Notes: a model not told the origin generated them from the letters alone. A stretch of DNA of 56,274 nt from a virus (IMGVR_UViG_3300029258_003568:1-56274); one strand, 5' to 3'; positions 45,335 through 55,368 are shown, counted from the stretch's first letter. Numbers and translations: made by a program.

Positions 45335-46166
45335 GACCCAGATCGAGTGGGCGGATAGTACTCAGAACCTGATGATGGGATGCGATGGCTGCGAGTTGTG
45401 GTCCAGAACGCGGGGAGGTACCTGCTACGCGGCGGATATAATCCGTCGGTACGCCGGCCGGCGGGGCTATCCGCCGGCGTTCGACCGGCCAACCGTTTTC
45501 CCCGCGCGCCTCGGTGCCATGCTGCGCTGGCCGGACTTGACCGGGACAGAGCGGCCGGATAAGCCCTGGCTCAACGGTTATCCTCGTATTGTTTTCCTGA
45601 ATGACATGGGGGACACCTGGACTGAGAGCCTCCCTCTGGATTGGCTCGATCCCTACGTTGAGCCGATGGCCACAAGTCCTCACATTTATATGATCCTGAC
45701 GAAGCGTGCCCGGCGCATGGCAGCCTATTTCCAGCGCCTTGGTTTTGTCCCGGCCAATTTCTGGCTGGGTGTGACGGTCACTGGCCGGGCCACTCTGGCC
45801 CGGTGGCGTACCCTGCAGGCCGTGCCGGATGCTACCCGGTTCTTGTCCGTCGAGCCGCTGCTCGAGGACCTGGGTCAGCTGGATCTCTCTGGCCTTGGTG
45901 CAGTCCTGGTGGGTGCCGAGTCCGGCTCTGGGGCCCGGCGGATGGAGCCCGCCTGGGTCGACAATGTGTTCGATGCTGCCAGGGTTGCCGGGATCAACTT
46001 CTTTTTCAAGCAATGGGGAAAGTTGGCCAACAATCCGGATCCGGCAGATCCCACGGCCAGGAAAAATGGCGGGATCTCGAAGGGTGGAGCTCAATATCGG
46101 GGTCGAACCTGGCGGGAGATGCCCCCTATAAGGAAATCATCAGAGAAAAAGTTGATTGACAAGTGA
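45324..46166 (+). CDS. DUF5131 (phage Gp37/Gp68) family protein
   Basis: TQIEWADST.N..GC.GC..CYA, NDMGD, LTKR, FLSVEPLL, GAESG, FFFKQWG. Confidence 0.88.
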   Translation: MGIKTQIEWADSTQNLMMGCDGCELWSRTRGGTCYAADIIRRYAGRRGYPPAFDRPTVFPARLGAMLRWPDLTGTERPDKPWLNGYPRIVFLNDMGDTWTESLPLDWLDPYVEPMATSPHIYMILTKRARRMAAYFQRLGFVPANFWLGVTVTGRATLARWRTLQAVPDATRFLSVEPLLEDLGQLDLSGLGAVLVGAESGSGARRMEPAWVDNVFDAARVAGINFFFKQWGKLANNPDPADPTARKNGGISKGGAQYRGRTWREMPPIRKSSEKKLIDK

Positions 46167-46184
46167 GAACTTGTATGGTATCAT
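46156..46184 (+). promoter_or_regulatory. Promoter upstream of the late operon
   Basis: TTGACA-17bp-TATCAT with extended TG. Confidence 0.75.
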
Positions 46185-46225
46185 ATTGTGAGATGAGTCG
46201 TGGGCGGGGGGAACTATGGAGATGA

Positions 46226-46381
46226 ATGGCCAACAACGACGCAATCGACGAGGCAATAAAAAAGCTGCGGGACAAGCGGGCGCTATTGATGCGTCTGCAA
46301 CCGTGTACTGTTGTTGTCCATCTCCCGCCACCTGGTGAGCAAAAAAAAGTTCACATTGAGGTGACCGCCAGGTTGAATTGA
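46226..46381 (+). CDS. 51-aa leader ORF (not in the ORF track)
   Basis: GGAG RBS; MANNDAIDEAIKKLRDKRALLMRLQPCTVVVHLPPPGEQKKVHIEVTARLN. Confidence 0.5.
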   Translation: MANNDAIDEAIKKLRDKRALLMRLQPCTVVVHLPPPGEQKKVHIEVTARLN

Positions 46382-46510
46382 GATACAAAATTTTTAATGG
46401 CTATTGTGAGATGAGGACAGTCCCGGCCTGACTGATCTCACGGCTAGCTAGCGACGAGGGGCACTCACAGGCTGGGATAATGTGAGTGCCAGCGGTGTGA
46501 CCCGGAAAGG

Positions 46511-46555
46511 AGCGCCGCCTTCCCCGAGGAGGGGAGGGCGGCGCTTTTTGTTTTT
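46511..46555 (+). terminator. Rho-independent terminator in the late leader
   Basis: agcgccgccttcccc...ggggagggcggcgct followed by ttttgttttt. Confidence 0.85.
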
Positions 46556-46585
46556 ATCCATTCGAGATCGAGAAGGAGGCTTATC

Positions 46586-46957
46586 GTGATTGATTGGGGT
46601 CAGATCATTCAAACGGTGCTGGAGGCGGTGTTGACGATAGCGCTGCCGGTCGTTGTCGGATATGCGGTCACGTGGCTGCGGACGCAACGGGAATCGCTGC
46701 TGGCGCGCCTCGACGAGAAGGCACGGTTCATGGTCCAGGACGCCGTGCGGATCGCAGTGCAGGCAGCGGAGCAGAGCGGCCTGGCAAAGCACATCGCTGA
46801 CAAGGCCGAGGAAAAGAAGCGATTTGCCCTGGATTTTGCCGAGAAGTACCTGGCAGAGTGGGGCCTCGAGATGGACCTGGATGTATTGGCCGATATGATC
46901 GAGGCCGAGGTGCACCGGCAGTTCAAAGATCCGCAGCGGGTTGTAGCATTCAGGTAA
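46586..46957 (+). CDS. Holin, LL-H-like
   Basis: One N-terminal TM, AVQAAEQ...EEKK.FA...MIEAEV. Confidence 0.75.
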   Translation: MIDWGQIIQTVLEAVLTIALPVVVGYAVTWLRTQRESLLARLDEKARFMVQDAVRIAVQAAEQSGLAKHIADKAEEKKRFALDFAEKYLAEWGLEMDLDVLADMIEAEVHRQFKDPQRVVAFR

Positions 46958-46958
46958 G

Positions 46959-47483
46959 ATGGACTTTGCCGAGCTATTGCGCAATCCCTCGGCCTGGACG
47001 CTGATAGCGCTCCTGGCGTATGCCATCTACAAGGAGCGCGGGCGTATTTTCGGCTTGTTCGAGCGCCGGGCTGATGCATCGCGCGAGCGGGACAAGGCCG
47101 ATCTGCATTTTGACGAGTTAGCCCGGCAAAAGGTGTTGCGGGATGGCGATTATAGTCACGAGTTGATGCAATTTTTCCTGCAGATCTTTGAGACGGAGCG
47201 GATGGAACGGCGCTCCGTCATCCGGGAGGCAATGGACCAGACGGGGACGACGCGGCACCTGGCGGATGAGGCCATAACGGTGATGAAGGATTTTGCCGAC
47301 ATTGCGCGGCGAATGGTGGACCACCAGGACAGGCGGGACGTCGAATTGCTCAAAATAGAGGAGACGCTGCGCGCCGTGGGGTTCGTATTGGCTAAACTCT
47401 ATTTCAGACAACAGGGACAACAGAGGGGATATTCTGACTTGGTCGTAGAGATGGAGGCTGATGATGTCCAAGGCGGCGGATGA
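46959..47483 (+). CDS. Single-TM coiled-coil protein (lysis-associated?)
   Basis: N-terminal TM segment; follows the holin. Confidence 0.55.
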   Translation: MDFAELLRNPSAWTLIALLAYAIYKERGRIFGLFERRADASRERDKADLHFDELARQKVLRDGDYSHELMQFFLQIFETERMERRSVIREAMDQTGTTRHLADEAITVMKDFADIARRMVDHQDRRDVELLKIEETLRAVGFVLAKLYFRQQGQQRGYSDLVVEMEADDVQGGG

Positions 47484-47760
47484 GCATACCCGGCAATATT
47501 TGTTCAAACTGATGAGCCAGGTGCCAGGTGAGTTGAAGGAGCTGGCCGAGGTGCTGCGCACGCTGAGCAATCTGCTGCACCAACGCGCTAATCGCGTGCG
47601 TGACGACTCGGACAAACTGCGATTTGACTCGGACCAGTTGATGGAATGTGTGGTCAAGCTGCGCGCCATAGTTAATGATCTATTAGATACGACCAACAAG
47701 ACTGTATCCATTGAGCCGATGATGAATATGTTGGAAGACGACTCGGAAGAAAAAGCATGA
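47461..47760 (+). CDS. Coiled-coil hypothetical protein
   Basis: GGAGG RBS. Confidence 0.55.
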   Translation: MMSKAADEHTRQYLFKLMSQVPGELKELAEVLRTLSNLLHQRANRVRDDSDKLRFDSDQLMECVVKLRAIVNDLLDTTNKTVSIEPMMNMLEDDSEEKA

Positions 47761-48320
47761 CGTGGGTCGATCAAGAAGAGTCGTTGCCCTGGGAGCAGCG
47801 GCTCGATGAGACGACAGAGCAATACCGCGCATTTTGCGATTACCGGGATATGGCCAAGGCCAGTCTTAACGCGCTTTGGGAATATTACCGGTCCACTTGC
47901 GCCGATCCACCGACCAAACGTCTGCGGACGCTCGCCGAGTGGAGCAGCAACTTCAGCTGGGTGGCTCGGCGAAAAGAGTGGTGGGCATTTGCCGACGAGA
48001 TCAAGAGGGAAGCGGCCCTGTTGGCCACCAGGGAGATGGGCGAGCGTCAGGCTCGCGACGCCGTCAAGATCCAATCGGCGGCGATGGCAATTCTCGATCT
48101 ATTGGCCGGCTACGACGAGATGACCGGAGAGTTCGTTTTGAGAGAGGATGCCGAATACCGGTTCCAGGACGTGGTGCGGCTTTTCAAGACCGGCGTGGAG
48201 GCTGAACGCGTCGCCCGTGGCGAGGCGGCGACCATCATTGAGAAGCGCCGGCGGAAAACAGATCTCTCTCAACTCTCCGATGAGGAGCTGGATGCGTTGG
48301 CCGACGAGGAGGACGACTAA
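47757..48320 (+). CDS. terS: Terminase small subunit (putative)
   Basis: PWEQ..ET..QY.AF..YRDM, WS..FSWVAR, DLSQLSDEEL; directly upstream of terL. Confidence 0.7.
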   Translation: MTWVDQEESLPWEQRLDETTEQYRAFCDYRDMAKASLNALWEYYRSTCADPPTKRLRTLAEWSSNFSWVARRKEWWAFADEIKREAALLATREMGERQARDAVKIQSAAMAILDLLAGYDEMTGEFVLREDAEYRFQDVVRLFKTGVEAERVARGEAATIIEKRRRKTDLSQLSDEELDALADEEDD

Positions 48321-49888
48321 TGGCGACTTCCTCTGCGCTGCGGGAATTGGCCCAGCGCGAGCGCGCCCGCCGGCGGTTTTATCATTACTGCCGCCGGGTC
48401 AATCCTCATTATCCTGATGATGCTCCACACCTGCGATTGTTGTGCAGGACATTGGAACAGGTCGAGCGGTTTGTGGTCACGGAAGGTGCGGAAGGTATCG
48501 GCAGATTGATGATCTTTATGCCACCGCGACACTGGAAGTCGCAGACCTCGAGCGTGCTATTTCCGACGTGGATCTTGGGCCGCAATCCGGATGTGCCGAT
48601 CATCATGGCCAGCTATGCTGGCGATCTGGCGCATAAACATTCGCGGCAGGCGCGCAATATTATTCTGCTCGATAACGAGTTCTCGGTGCTCTTTGGAAAA
48701 AAGAGCGACCGAAAGGAGCCTGTGAGTCTCTCGGCCGACTCGCAGGCAGTACAAGAATGGTCGATTGACCGTCACATCGGGGGGATGCGCGCTGCCGGCG
48801 TAGGTGGCGGTATCACCGGGAGTGGATGTCGTATCCTCATCATCGATGATCCGCACAAGGACAGAAAAGAGGCGGAGAGCAAGACCATTCGGGATGATAT
48901 AGATGATTGGTTCCGGTCGACGGCTTATACGCGAGTCGAGGGCAACGGGGCCATCATCATTATCATGACGCGGTGGCACCGCGATGATGAGGCCGGGCGG
49001 CTGCTGAAGCGGATGAAGGAAGATCCTCTCGCCGATCAATGGCATGTGCTCAAGCTGCCGGCGTTGGCCACCGAAAGCGATCCGCTGTCCCGGCAGCCCG
49101 GCGAAGCGCTGTGGCCGGAATATCAATCTGTCGAAAAGTTGCATGCGATCCGGGCCAATACGTTGCGGTACGAGTTCAATTCGTTGTTCCAGCAGGAACC
49201 GATCTCGCCCGAGGACAGTGTGGTCAATCCTGCGTGGTTTGAGACTGTAGACCACGCACCTGCAGGATTGCGCTGGATGCGGTATTGGGACCTGGCCGTG
49301 TCGACCAAAAAGCGCGCCGATTTTACGGCTAGTGCACGGGGAGCGCTATCCAGCGATGGCTATCTCTACATCGCCGACATGGTGCGGGGCCGGTGGGAAT
49401 GGCCCGACGCACACGGTCAGATCGTCGCTCTGGCCGCCATGGAGCCCGGTGTTGCTATCGGGGTGGAGACAAACGCATTTCAGCTGGCCGCGTTCCAGCA
49501 GTTGATGCGCGAGCCGGCGCTGGCGAATCGTGAGATCCGCCAGGTGCATTCAGAAAGTGACAAGCTCTCGCGAATGTTACCCTGGGCACGGCGGGCAAAG
49601 GTCGGCAAGGTGCGGCTCGTGCGGGGACCATGGATCGCCGCCTTCCTGGAGGAGGCCACCGATTTCCCGGCCGGACAGAACGACGACCAGGTGGACGTCG
49701 TCAGCGGCATCACCGAGATGCTGGCCAACACCGGGCCGGCGGCCGGTCAAATAATCAATGAAATAGACCCGGCAATCTACAAGAACAACCCTGCCGAACG
49801 CTATGGCTGGCGCTACGGCTGGCGTGTTCCCGATGATACGAGTCTGTTTCCTAAGCGGAAGGCATGTCTATGGCAAAGAAGGGGCTGA
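48320..49888 (+). CDS. terL: Terminase large subunit
   Basis: MPPRHWKS, ILIIDDP, MTRWH.DD, YWDLA, NDDQVD. Confidence 0.95.
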   Translation: MATSSALRELAQRERARRRFYHYCRRVNPHYPDDAPHLRLLCRTLEQVERFVVTEGAEGIGRLMIFMPPRHWKSQTSSVLFPTWILGRNPDVPIIMASYAGDLAHKHSRQARNIILLDNEFSVLFGKKSDRKEPVSLSADSQAVQEWSIDRHIGGMRAAGVGGGITGSGCRILIIDDPHKDRKEAESKTIRDDIDDWFRSTAYTRVEGNGAIIIIMTRWHRDDEAGRLLKRMKEDPLADQWHVLKLPALATESDPLSRQPGEALWPEYQSVEKLHAIRANTLRYEFNSLFQQEPISPEDSVVNPAWFETVDHAPAGLRWMRYWDLAVSTKKRADFTASARGALSSDGYLYIADMVRGRWEWPDAHGQIVALAAMEPGVAIGVETNAFQLAAFQQLMREPALANREIRQVHSESDKLSRMLPWARRAKVGKVRLVRGPWIAAFLEEATDFPAGQNDDQVDVVSGITEMLANTGPAAGQIINEIDPAIYKNNPAERYGWRYGWRVPDDTSLFPKRKACLWQRRG

Positions 49889-51534
49889 GAGGATTGGGAG
49901 AGCGGATCATCTCCGCTCTGGGTGGAATCACAAAGTCAGAGAAGAGTGAAATCGCCCGCCGGGCGTACGAGGCGGGTTATGGCGATGGCAATGACGATCC
50001 CCAGAGCGGCGACATTGCGCCGGGAGGATTCGGGTACCGCCGGGCCACAACCGGTGGGCTGCGCGATTTCACCCGGATCGACCACGATCGTATCCTCGGA
50101 ATTGTCTGGACGCTCTATCAGTCCAATCCCATTGCTAAACGTGCTCTCAAAATTATCACCAGCTATATCCTCGGTGACGGTGTCAAATTGCAGATCGAGG
50201 ACGACGATCTGACGGCCATTATCGAGGATTTTTGGCGCATCAATCAGCTTGATCTCCGTTTGGAAAAATTCATCCTGCAGCTATCGCTGTGGGGCGAGCA
50301 GATTTTCCCCGTTTTTGTCCGTCGTTCCGATGGGCGCGTCCGACTGGGATATGTGGACCCGGCCGATGTGGACAACATCATCGCACATCCTGAGAATTCT
50401 ATGGAGCATTGGGCTGTCGTCGTCCGGCCGTACACCAGCGCGACCGAAAACTGGCGCGTCTACCGCGTGATCCGGGAAGACGATGACGTTGTGATGAGTG
50501 TCGGTGTCGAGCTCGATGGCGATGATTCACCTGTGTCATTCGAGCAGGTGCAAAAGGCCAGGAATCCTGGAAAGTTGGTCACCGCCGATCAAGCCAATTT
50601 GGAGACCTGGGAAAAAGAAATGCTGGCCAAACACGGTCTGGAGACCTACTCCGGCTCGTGTTTTCTTTTCCAGGTGAACAACGTCAGCAATCAACCGCGC
50701 GGCTTTTCCGATCTGCTCCAGGAGGCGGATTGGATGGATCAGCACGACGAGACGCTCTTTGCTCTCGCCGATCGGGAGCAGATGGCGGGCTACTTTTCCT
50801 GGGACGTCACGGTCGAGGGAGCTGATGAGGCGCGGGTTAAAAGCCGGGCAGCGGAATTACGGGCCAATCCGCCCAAGCGGGGCAGCGTCAACGTCCATAA
50901 TGAGAAAGAATCGTGGAACTTTAATTATCCTGACCTGAAACAGGCGCCCACCATCGCAACCGCCGACGCGCTTTTGAAGTTCATTCTCGGTGGTTTGGGG
51001 TTGCCGAAGCACTGGTATGGCTCCGGCGACGAGACGAATCGCGCGACGGCGCAGGCGCAGGGTGATCCGACTTGGAAAACGCTCAAGCGCCGGCAGGCCT
51101 ACGTACGTCACATGATTTTGTTCATGTTGCGTTTTGCGCGCGACCAGGCAGAGATTGCCGGTGCCTGGCGGCCGCGCATGAACGACAGCGGCCGGGCGAT
51201 GGATAAAATTGTCGCTGTCATGCCCGAGATGACCGTCAAGGACATCTCGGCCATCACCGGCGCTATGATCAGCATGACCTCCTCGTTGATGATCGCGGTC
51301 GAACAGGGATTGATGTCGTACGCGCACGCGGTAGAGACCTGGGCCAAGTTGATGGCCGAACTCAACATCCATATCGATCCCGAGGCCGAGATAGTTGCGA
51401 TCGAGGAGGAGCGCAGAAAAGACGACCTGACCGTCACCGCAAATCGCAACAGTTGGTTTGCCAAGCATGGTTCGCTTGCTGACGACGGCGATGATGCGAT
51501 AGCGGCATCTGTGCCGCCAGCGAAAACGACGTGA
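49870..51534 (+). CDS. Portal protein
   Basis: Follows terL; PRGFSDL and ETNRATA motifs; ~555 aa. Confidence 0.85.
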   Translation: MAKKGLRGLGERIISALGGITKSEKSEIARRAYEAGYGDGNDDPQSGDIAPGGFGYRRATTGGLRDFTRIDHDRILGIVWTLYQSNPIAKRALKIITSYILGDGVKLQIEDDDLTAIIEDFWRINQLDLRLEKFILQLSLWGEQIFPVFVRRSDGRVRLGYVDPADVDNIIAHPENSMEHWAVVVRPYTSATENWRVYRVIREDDDVVMSVGVELDGDDSPVSFEQVQKARNPGKLVTADQANLETWEKEMLAKHGLETYSGSCFLFQVNNVSNQPRGFSDLLQEADWMDQHDETLFALADREQMAGYFSWDVTVEGADEARVKSRAAELRANPPKRGSVNVHNEKESWNFNYPDLKQAPTIATADALLKFILGGLGLPKHWYGSGDETNRATAQAQGDPTWKTLKRRQAYVRHMILFMLRFARDQAEIAGAWRPRMNDSGRAMDKIVAVMPEMTVKDISAITGAMISMTSSLMIAVEQGLMSYAHAVETWAKLMAELNIHIDPEAEIVAIEEERRKDDLTVTANRNSWFAKHGSLADDGDDAIAASVPPAKTT

Positions 51535-52445
51535 CGGTAAAAAAGCAGCAATACATTGACAAACTGGACAGCATCGCTGCGCGATACGGCAAGATGGAGG
51601 ATCAGACCATCCGTCGATCGATCTCTATGCTCAAGGATCTACGCCGGCAGATCGCTGCCGAATTGGCGACGGCAGAGAATTTCTCGGCTTACCGGCTCGG
51701 CGAATTGAATCGCAGCCTGGAGCGGCTGATCGCCGAGTACGAGGTTGAGCTGACGGCCCAAGTGCGCGGGGCATTCGAGCAGGCCGTGGCGGATGGCGCA
51801 CAATCCGTCGTCGAGCCGCTGCGATCGATCGGGTTGACGACGGCTTTTTACCAGCCCAGCCGCGCTCAGATCAATACCGTGCTCGATTTCAGCGTGGATC
51901 TGATCAAAAACATTGCGGATGAGGTCCGGTCCAAGGTTAACACTCAAATACGGCTCGCCGTGCTGGGCGAGCGGAGCCCGCTGGATGCGATGCGGGGGAT
52001 CACCGATGCTCTCGGCGTCGAAGCGCGGGCGGGCGTGTGGGCCAAGCGCAAGCCGGTTGTCAAGGGGGTCGCTGCGCGGGCCGAGGCGGATCTGCGCACC
52101 GAGATGCAGCGCGTCTTCAACCTGAGCAGCCACGCCCAGCAACGTGATACGGCACGGGTGGTGCCGGGATTGCTCAAGCGGTGGATCTCTGCCGGTGGCC
52201 GCAATTCGCGGGAAAGTCATCTACGACTGCATCATGAAACGCGCATCAATCCTATTCCCATCAGCAAACCGTTCGTCATGCGCGACCAGCGGGGCACGGC
52301 AAAGTTGATGTATCCCGGCGACCCCAGCGCGCCGGCCTGGGCAGTGGTGAACTGCCGGTGCCGGATGGCGACAATCCATCCGACGATCGGAGTTATCGGC
52401 AGCAATCTCGATGGCCGGATTGCTGCGGAATTGGAGAGGCGGTAG
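51531..52445 (+). CDS. MuF/SPP1 gp7-like minor head protein
   Basis: RTE, KRW...R.SH, LMYPGDP...VNCRC. Confidence 0.85.
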   Translation: MTVKKQQYIDKLDSIAARYGKMEDQTIRRSISMLKDLRRQIAAELATAENFSAYRLGELNRSLERLIAEYEVELTAQVRGAFEQAVADGAQSVVEPLRSIGLTTAFYQPSRAQINTVLDFSVDLIKNIADEVRSKVNTQIRLAVLGERSPLDAMRGITDALGVEARAGVWAKRKPVVKGVAARAEADLRTEMQRVFNLSSHAQQRDTARVVPGLLKRWISAGGRNSRESHLRLHHETRINPIPISKPFVMRDQRGTAKLMYPGDPSAPAWAVVNCRCRMATIHPTIGVIGSNLDGRIAAELERR

Positions 52446-52447
52446 CA

Positions 52448-55342
52448 ATGTCCCAATTTACCTGGGATGAATGCATGGCCAGGATGAAAAAGGAAGGCTA
52501 TTCTCAGGAACAGGCTGAGAAAATTTGTGGCTCGATCTGTTCCAAGAAGGAAGCCGTTGCCGTTGGTCCGGACGAGGAACACACCGGCGTCATGGTGGCA
52601 TTTTTCCTGCCTCCGGACGTGGCGCAGGAATTGGCTGTACCTGGTGGAGAGAAGCCGGAGGCATTGCACATCACCCTGGCCTACCTGGGTGATGTGGACG
52701 GGATCAGTGACCCAGATCGATTGAAAGCGGTTCTACGGGCCTGGGCGGCCCGGCGTCCATTCATCGAGGGAACGATCTCGGGGACGGGCCGGTTCGATGC
52801 TGGCGAGGACGGCATGGAGGCATTTTACGCTTCGTTCGATGCACCTGCACTGCCTGCCTGGCGGCAGGAGTTGGTCGGCGAGCTCGAGGCCCACGCCTTT
52901 CCGGTCAGGAAGGATCATGGTTTCACGCCTCATATAACACTGGCCTATTTGGAGAAAGGCCAGCCGGCGCCGGTCGATGGAGTCAAGTCGCAGAAGGTGC
53001 GGTTTGACCGGCTGGCGTTGGCGCTGGGGGAGGATGTGGTCCAGTTCGATCTGGTAGCACTCGAGCGGCAAACAGAGTATCACGAGGTGGCTATCGCGCC
53101 GGCGGCGCCAGATGGTCTCACCGGCCGAACGTGGGATGTGACGATCATCGGAGCGAAATCGGCCGGGGATGTGGTCGCGATCGGTGGACGGGAATATATC
53201 CGGAGCAAGAATGGTCGATTCTATTCCTGCGACGCGCTCAAAGAGAGCGTGCCGCTTTGGGATGGTGTCAAGGTTTACGATAATCATCTTACTGACGAGG
53301 AATTCGAGAAGCGTCAGGGGATGCGCTCTGTCGAGGGCGAGTGGTTGGGCAACATTGTCCAGCCCCGGTGGGAAGAAGCCACGAGGAGGCTGTGTGGAAT
53401 TTTCAAGGTTGTGGATGATGGATTAGCCAAAAAGTTAAAGAACGCCTGGGATCAAAAGATCTTGGGCGTGATCGGACTCAGCATTGATACTCTTCCGGTA
53501 GGGCGGCAGATGATGTTTGAGGGCAAATCTGTTCCCCTGACCGAGGGGTTTAGGCAAGTTTACTCCGTTGACTTGGTTTCAGAACCGGCCGCAGGTGGGG
53601 GCTTTAACCGTCTCATTGCGGCTGCAACAGAACGAAAGGAGATCGACATGGATCGTGAAGAGATTGTCCAACTCGTTCGCGAGATTGTTGCGGAAGCCCT
53701 TGACGCGAACAACGCTCAAGAACAACAGACTGAGCCGCCGGCTGTGGAGCCTGAGGAGGTGGTCGAGCAGGTGCAGCAGGCTGCTGCTGCTGCCGCTGCT
53801 GAAGTCGTTGAGGAAGTGCCGCCCGAGGCCGCTCCGGCGACTGTCGCTCAGGCTGCTGCCGATGCGGCGGCTGTCGCTGCGCAGCAAGCTGCCGATGATA
53901 TAGCCGAGGAAGAAGAATCAGCTATGGAGGCCGTGCGGCGGCTGGAATGTCGCCTTATGCTGCGAGATCGTCTGGATGCTGCTCAACTGCCGGCGCCGAT
54001 GAGTGCGCTCGTCCAGACCACATTTGGCAACCGAGTGTTTGAGGAGGCCGAGTTGAATGACTTTATCAAACGCGCCAAGGAGGCCCAGGCCGCGCTGGAC
54101 ACAACTGGTCGTGTGAGCGGCACCGGCCAGGCTCGTGGCAGCGTGCAGGTGGGTCTGGCACCTCGAGACGTGGCGGAGATCGAGTTCATGCGCCTCATGA
54201 TGGGCAACACAGAATTCCGGGCGCTGGAGCACGTCGATGCTGAGTACGTCCAGGAGCGCGTGGCCGAGGCATACAAGGGGTGGATTCGCGCCGGGCGGCC
54301 GCGCTACAGCACGCGGCGAATCTCAGAGTGGGTCTACAACCTGCTCGACGGCGATCCGTTCACCGACCAGCGTGCATCCGAGGCGGTGACCACGTCCGGG
54401 ATGACGAGCATTGTCAAGAATGCACTTAATGTCATGTTGGCAGCCAACTATGCCAAGAAGCATCTTTGGTGGGAGCCGGTTGTCCGGTCGGAGGAGGTTG
54501 ATACTATCGACCAGGCGACGCTGGTGCGAGTTTACGGATTCGATACGCTCGACGTTGTAGAGGCTGGACAGCCCTACACCGAGTTGAGCTGGCGAGACGA
54601 CGAGGAGACGGCAGACTTTCACAAACGGGGGAACTATGTGGGCGTTCACCTCGAGACGTTGCTCAGCGATAAGCTCAACATTGTCCGCAGCATCCCCGAG
54701 CGCCTGTCCATGTCCTGGTACAACACCATTTCGAGCCTGGTCTCCGCAGTATTCACGACGAACACTGCAGCCGGCCCGGTCCTGGGTGATACCGGTGCGC
54801 TGTTCAATGCCACGGCCGTCACCACTGCCGGTGGACATGCCAACCTGCTGACGGCCGCTTTGAGTTTTACCTCGTACGGCGCGGCTCGCACGGCGATGAT
54901 GAAGCAGACCGATCAGTATTCCGGTGGCGGAACGCTGAAAGGCCAGAGAAGCCTTATTCAACCCAAATTCATGTTCGTGCCGGTCGACCTGGAAACTGCT
55001 GCGTTGCAGATCCGGAACTCGGAGTGCATCCCCGGCAGCGCGAACAACGACGTCAACCCCCATCATCAAAAGTTCGAGGTGGTGGTGGTGCCGAACTGGA
55101 CCGACACCAACAACTGGGCGTTGCTCGCCGACCCGGTCGAATTCCCCGCCATCTGGCTCATTTTCTTGAGGGGTAAAAAGGTGCCGGAGCTGTTTACGGC
55201 TGACAGTGAGACGCAAGGCAGCATGTTCACCAACGACACGTTGCGCTACAAGGTCCGGATGATGACCTGGCGATTCAGTTCGACGTATGACTGTGCACCG
55301 GTCAGCGATTGGCGGCCGTTGCACAAGAACAACGTCAGCTGA
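52448..55342 (+). CDS. Polyprotein: 2H phosphoesterase + prohead protease + scaffold + Mu gpT-like major capsid
   Basis: LHITL and PHITL; SKNGRFY..YDNH..GLSID..SVDLVSEPAAGG; Ala/Glu linker; capsid C-terminus (VPVDLE, FLRG..PELF, YKVR). Confidence 0.85.
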   Translation: MSQFTWDECMARMKKEGYSQEQAEKICGSICSKKEAVAVGPDEEHTGVMVAFFLPPDVAQELAVPGGEKPEALHITLAYLGDVDGISDPDRLKAVLRAWAARRPFIEGTISGTGRFDAGEDGMEAFYASFDAPALPAWRQELVGELEAHAFPVRKDHGFTPHITLAYLEKGQPAPVDGVKSQKVRFDRLALALGEDVVQFDLVALERQTEYHEVAIAPAAPDGLTGRTWDVTIIGAKSAGDVVAIGGREYIRSKNGRFYSCDALKESVPLWDGVKVYDNHLTDEEFEKRQGMRSVEGEWLGNIVQPRWEEATRRLCGIFKVVDDGLAKKLKNAWDQKILGVIGLSIDTLPVGRQMMFEGKSVPLTEGFRQVYSVDLVSEPAAGGGFNRLIAAATERKEIDMDREEIVQLVREIVAEALDANNAQEQQTEPPAVEPEEVVEQVQQAAAAAAAEVVEEVPPEAAPATVAQAAADAAAVAAQQAADDIAEEEESAMEAVRRLECRLMLRDRLDAAQLPAPMSALVQTTFGNRVFEEAELNDFIKRAKEAQAALDTTGRVSGTGQARGSVQVGLAPRDVAEIEFMRLMMGNTEFRALEHVDAEYVQERVAEAYKGWIRAGRPRYSTRRISEWVYNLLDGDPFTDQRASEAVTTSGMTSIVKNALNVMLAANYAKKHLWWEPVVRSEEVDTIDQATLVRVYGFDTLDVVEAGQPYTELSWRDDEETADFHKRGNYVGVHLETLLSDKLNIVRSIPERLSMSWYNTISSLVSAVFTTNTAAGPVLGDTGALFNATAVTTAGGHANLLTAALSFTSYGAARTAMMKQTDQYSGGGTLKGQRSLIQPKFMFVPVDLETAALQIRNSECIPGSANNDVNPHHQKFEVVVVPNWTDTNNWALLADPVEFPAIWLIFLRGKKVPELFTADSETQGSMFTNDTLRYKVRMMTWRFSSTYDCAPVSDWRPLHKNNVS

Positions 55343-55368
55343 GTGGGCATAAGAAAGGAGTAACGAAC

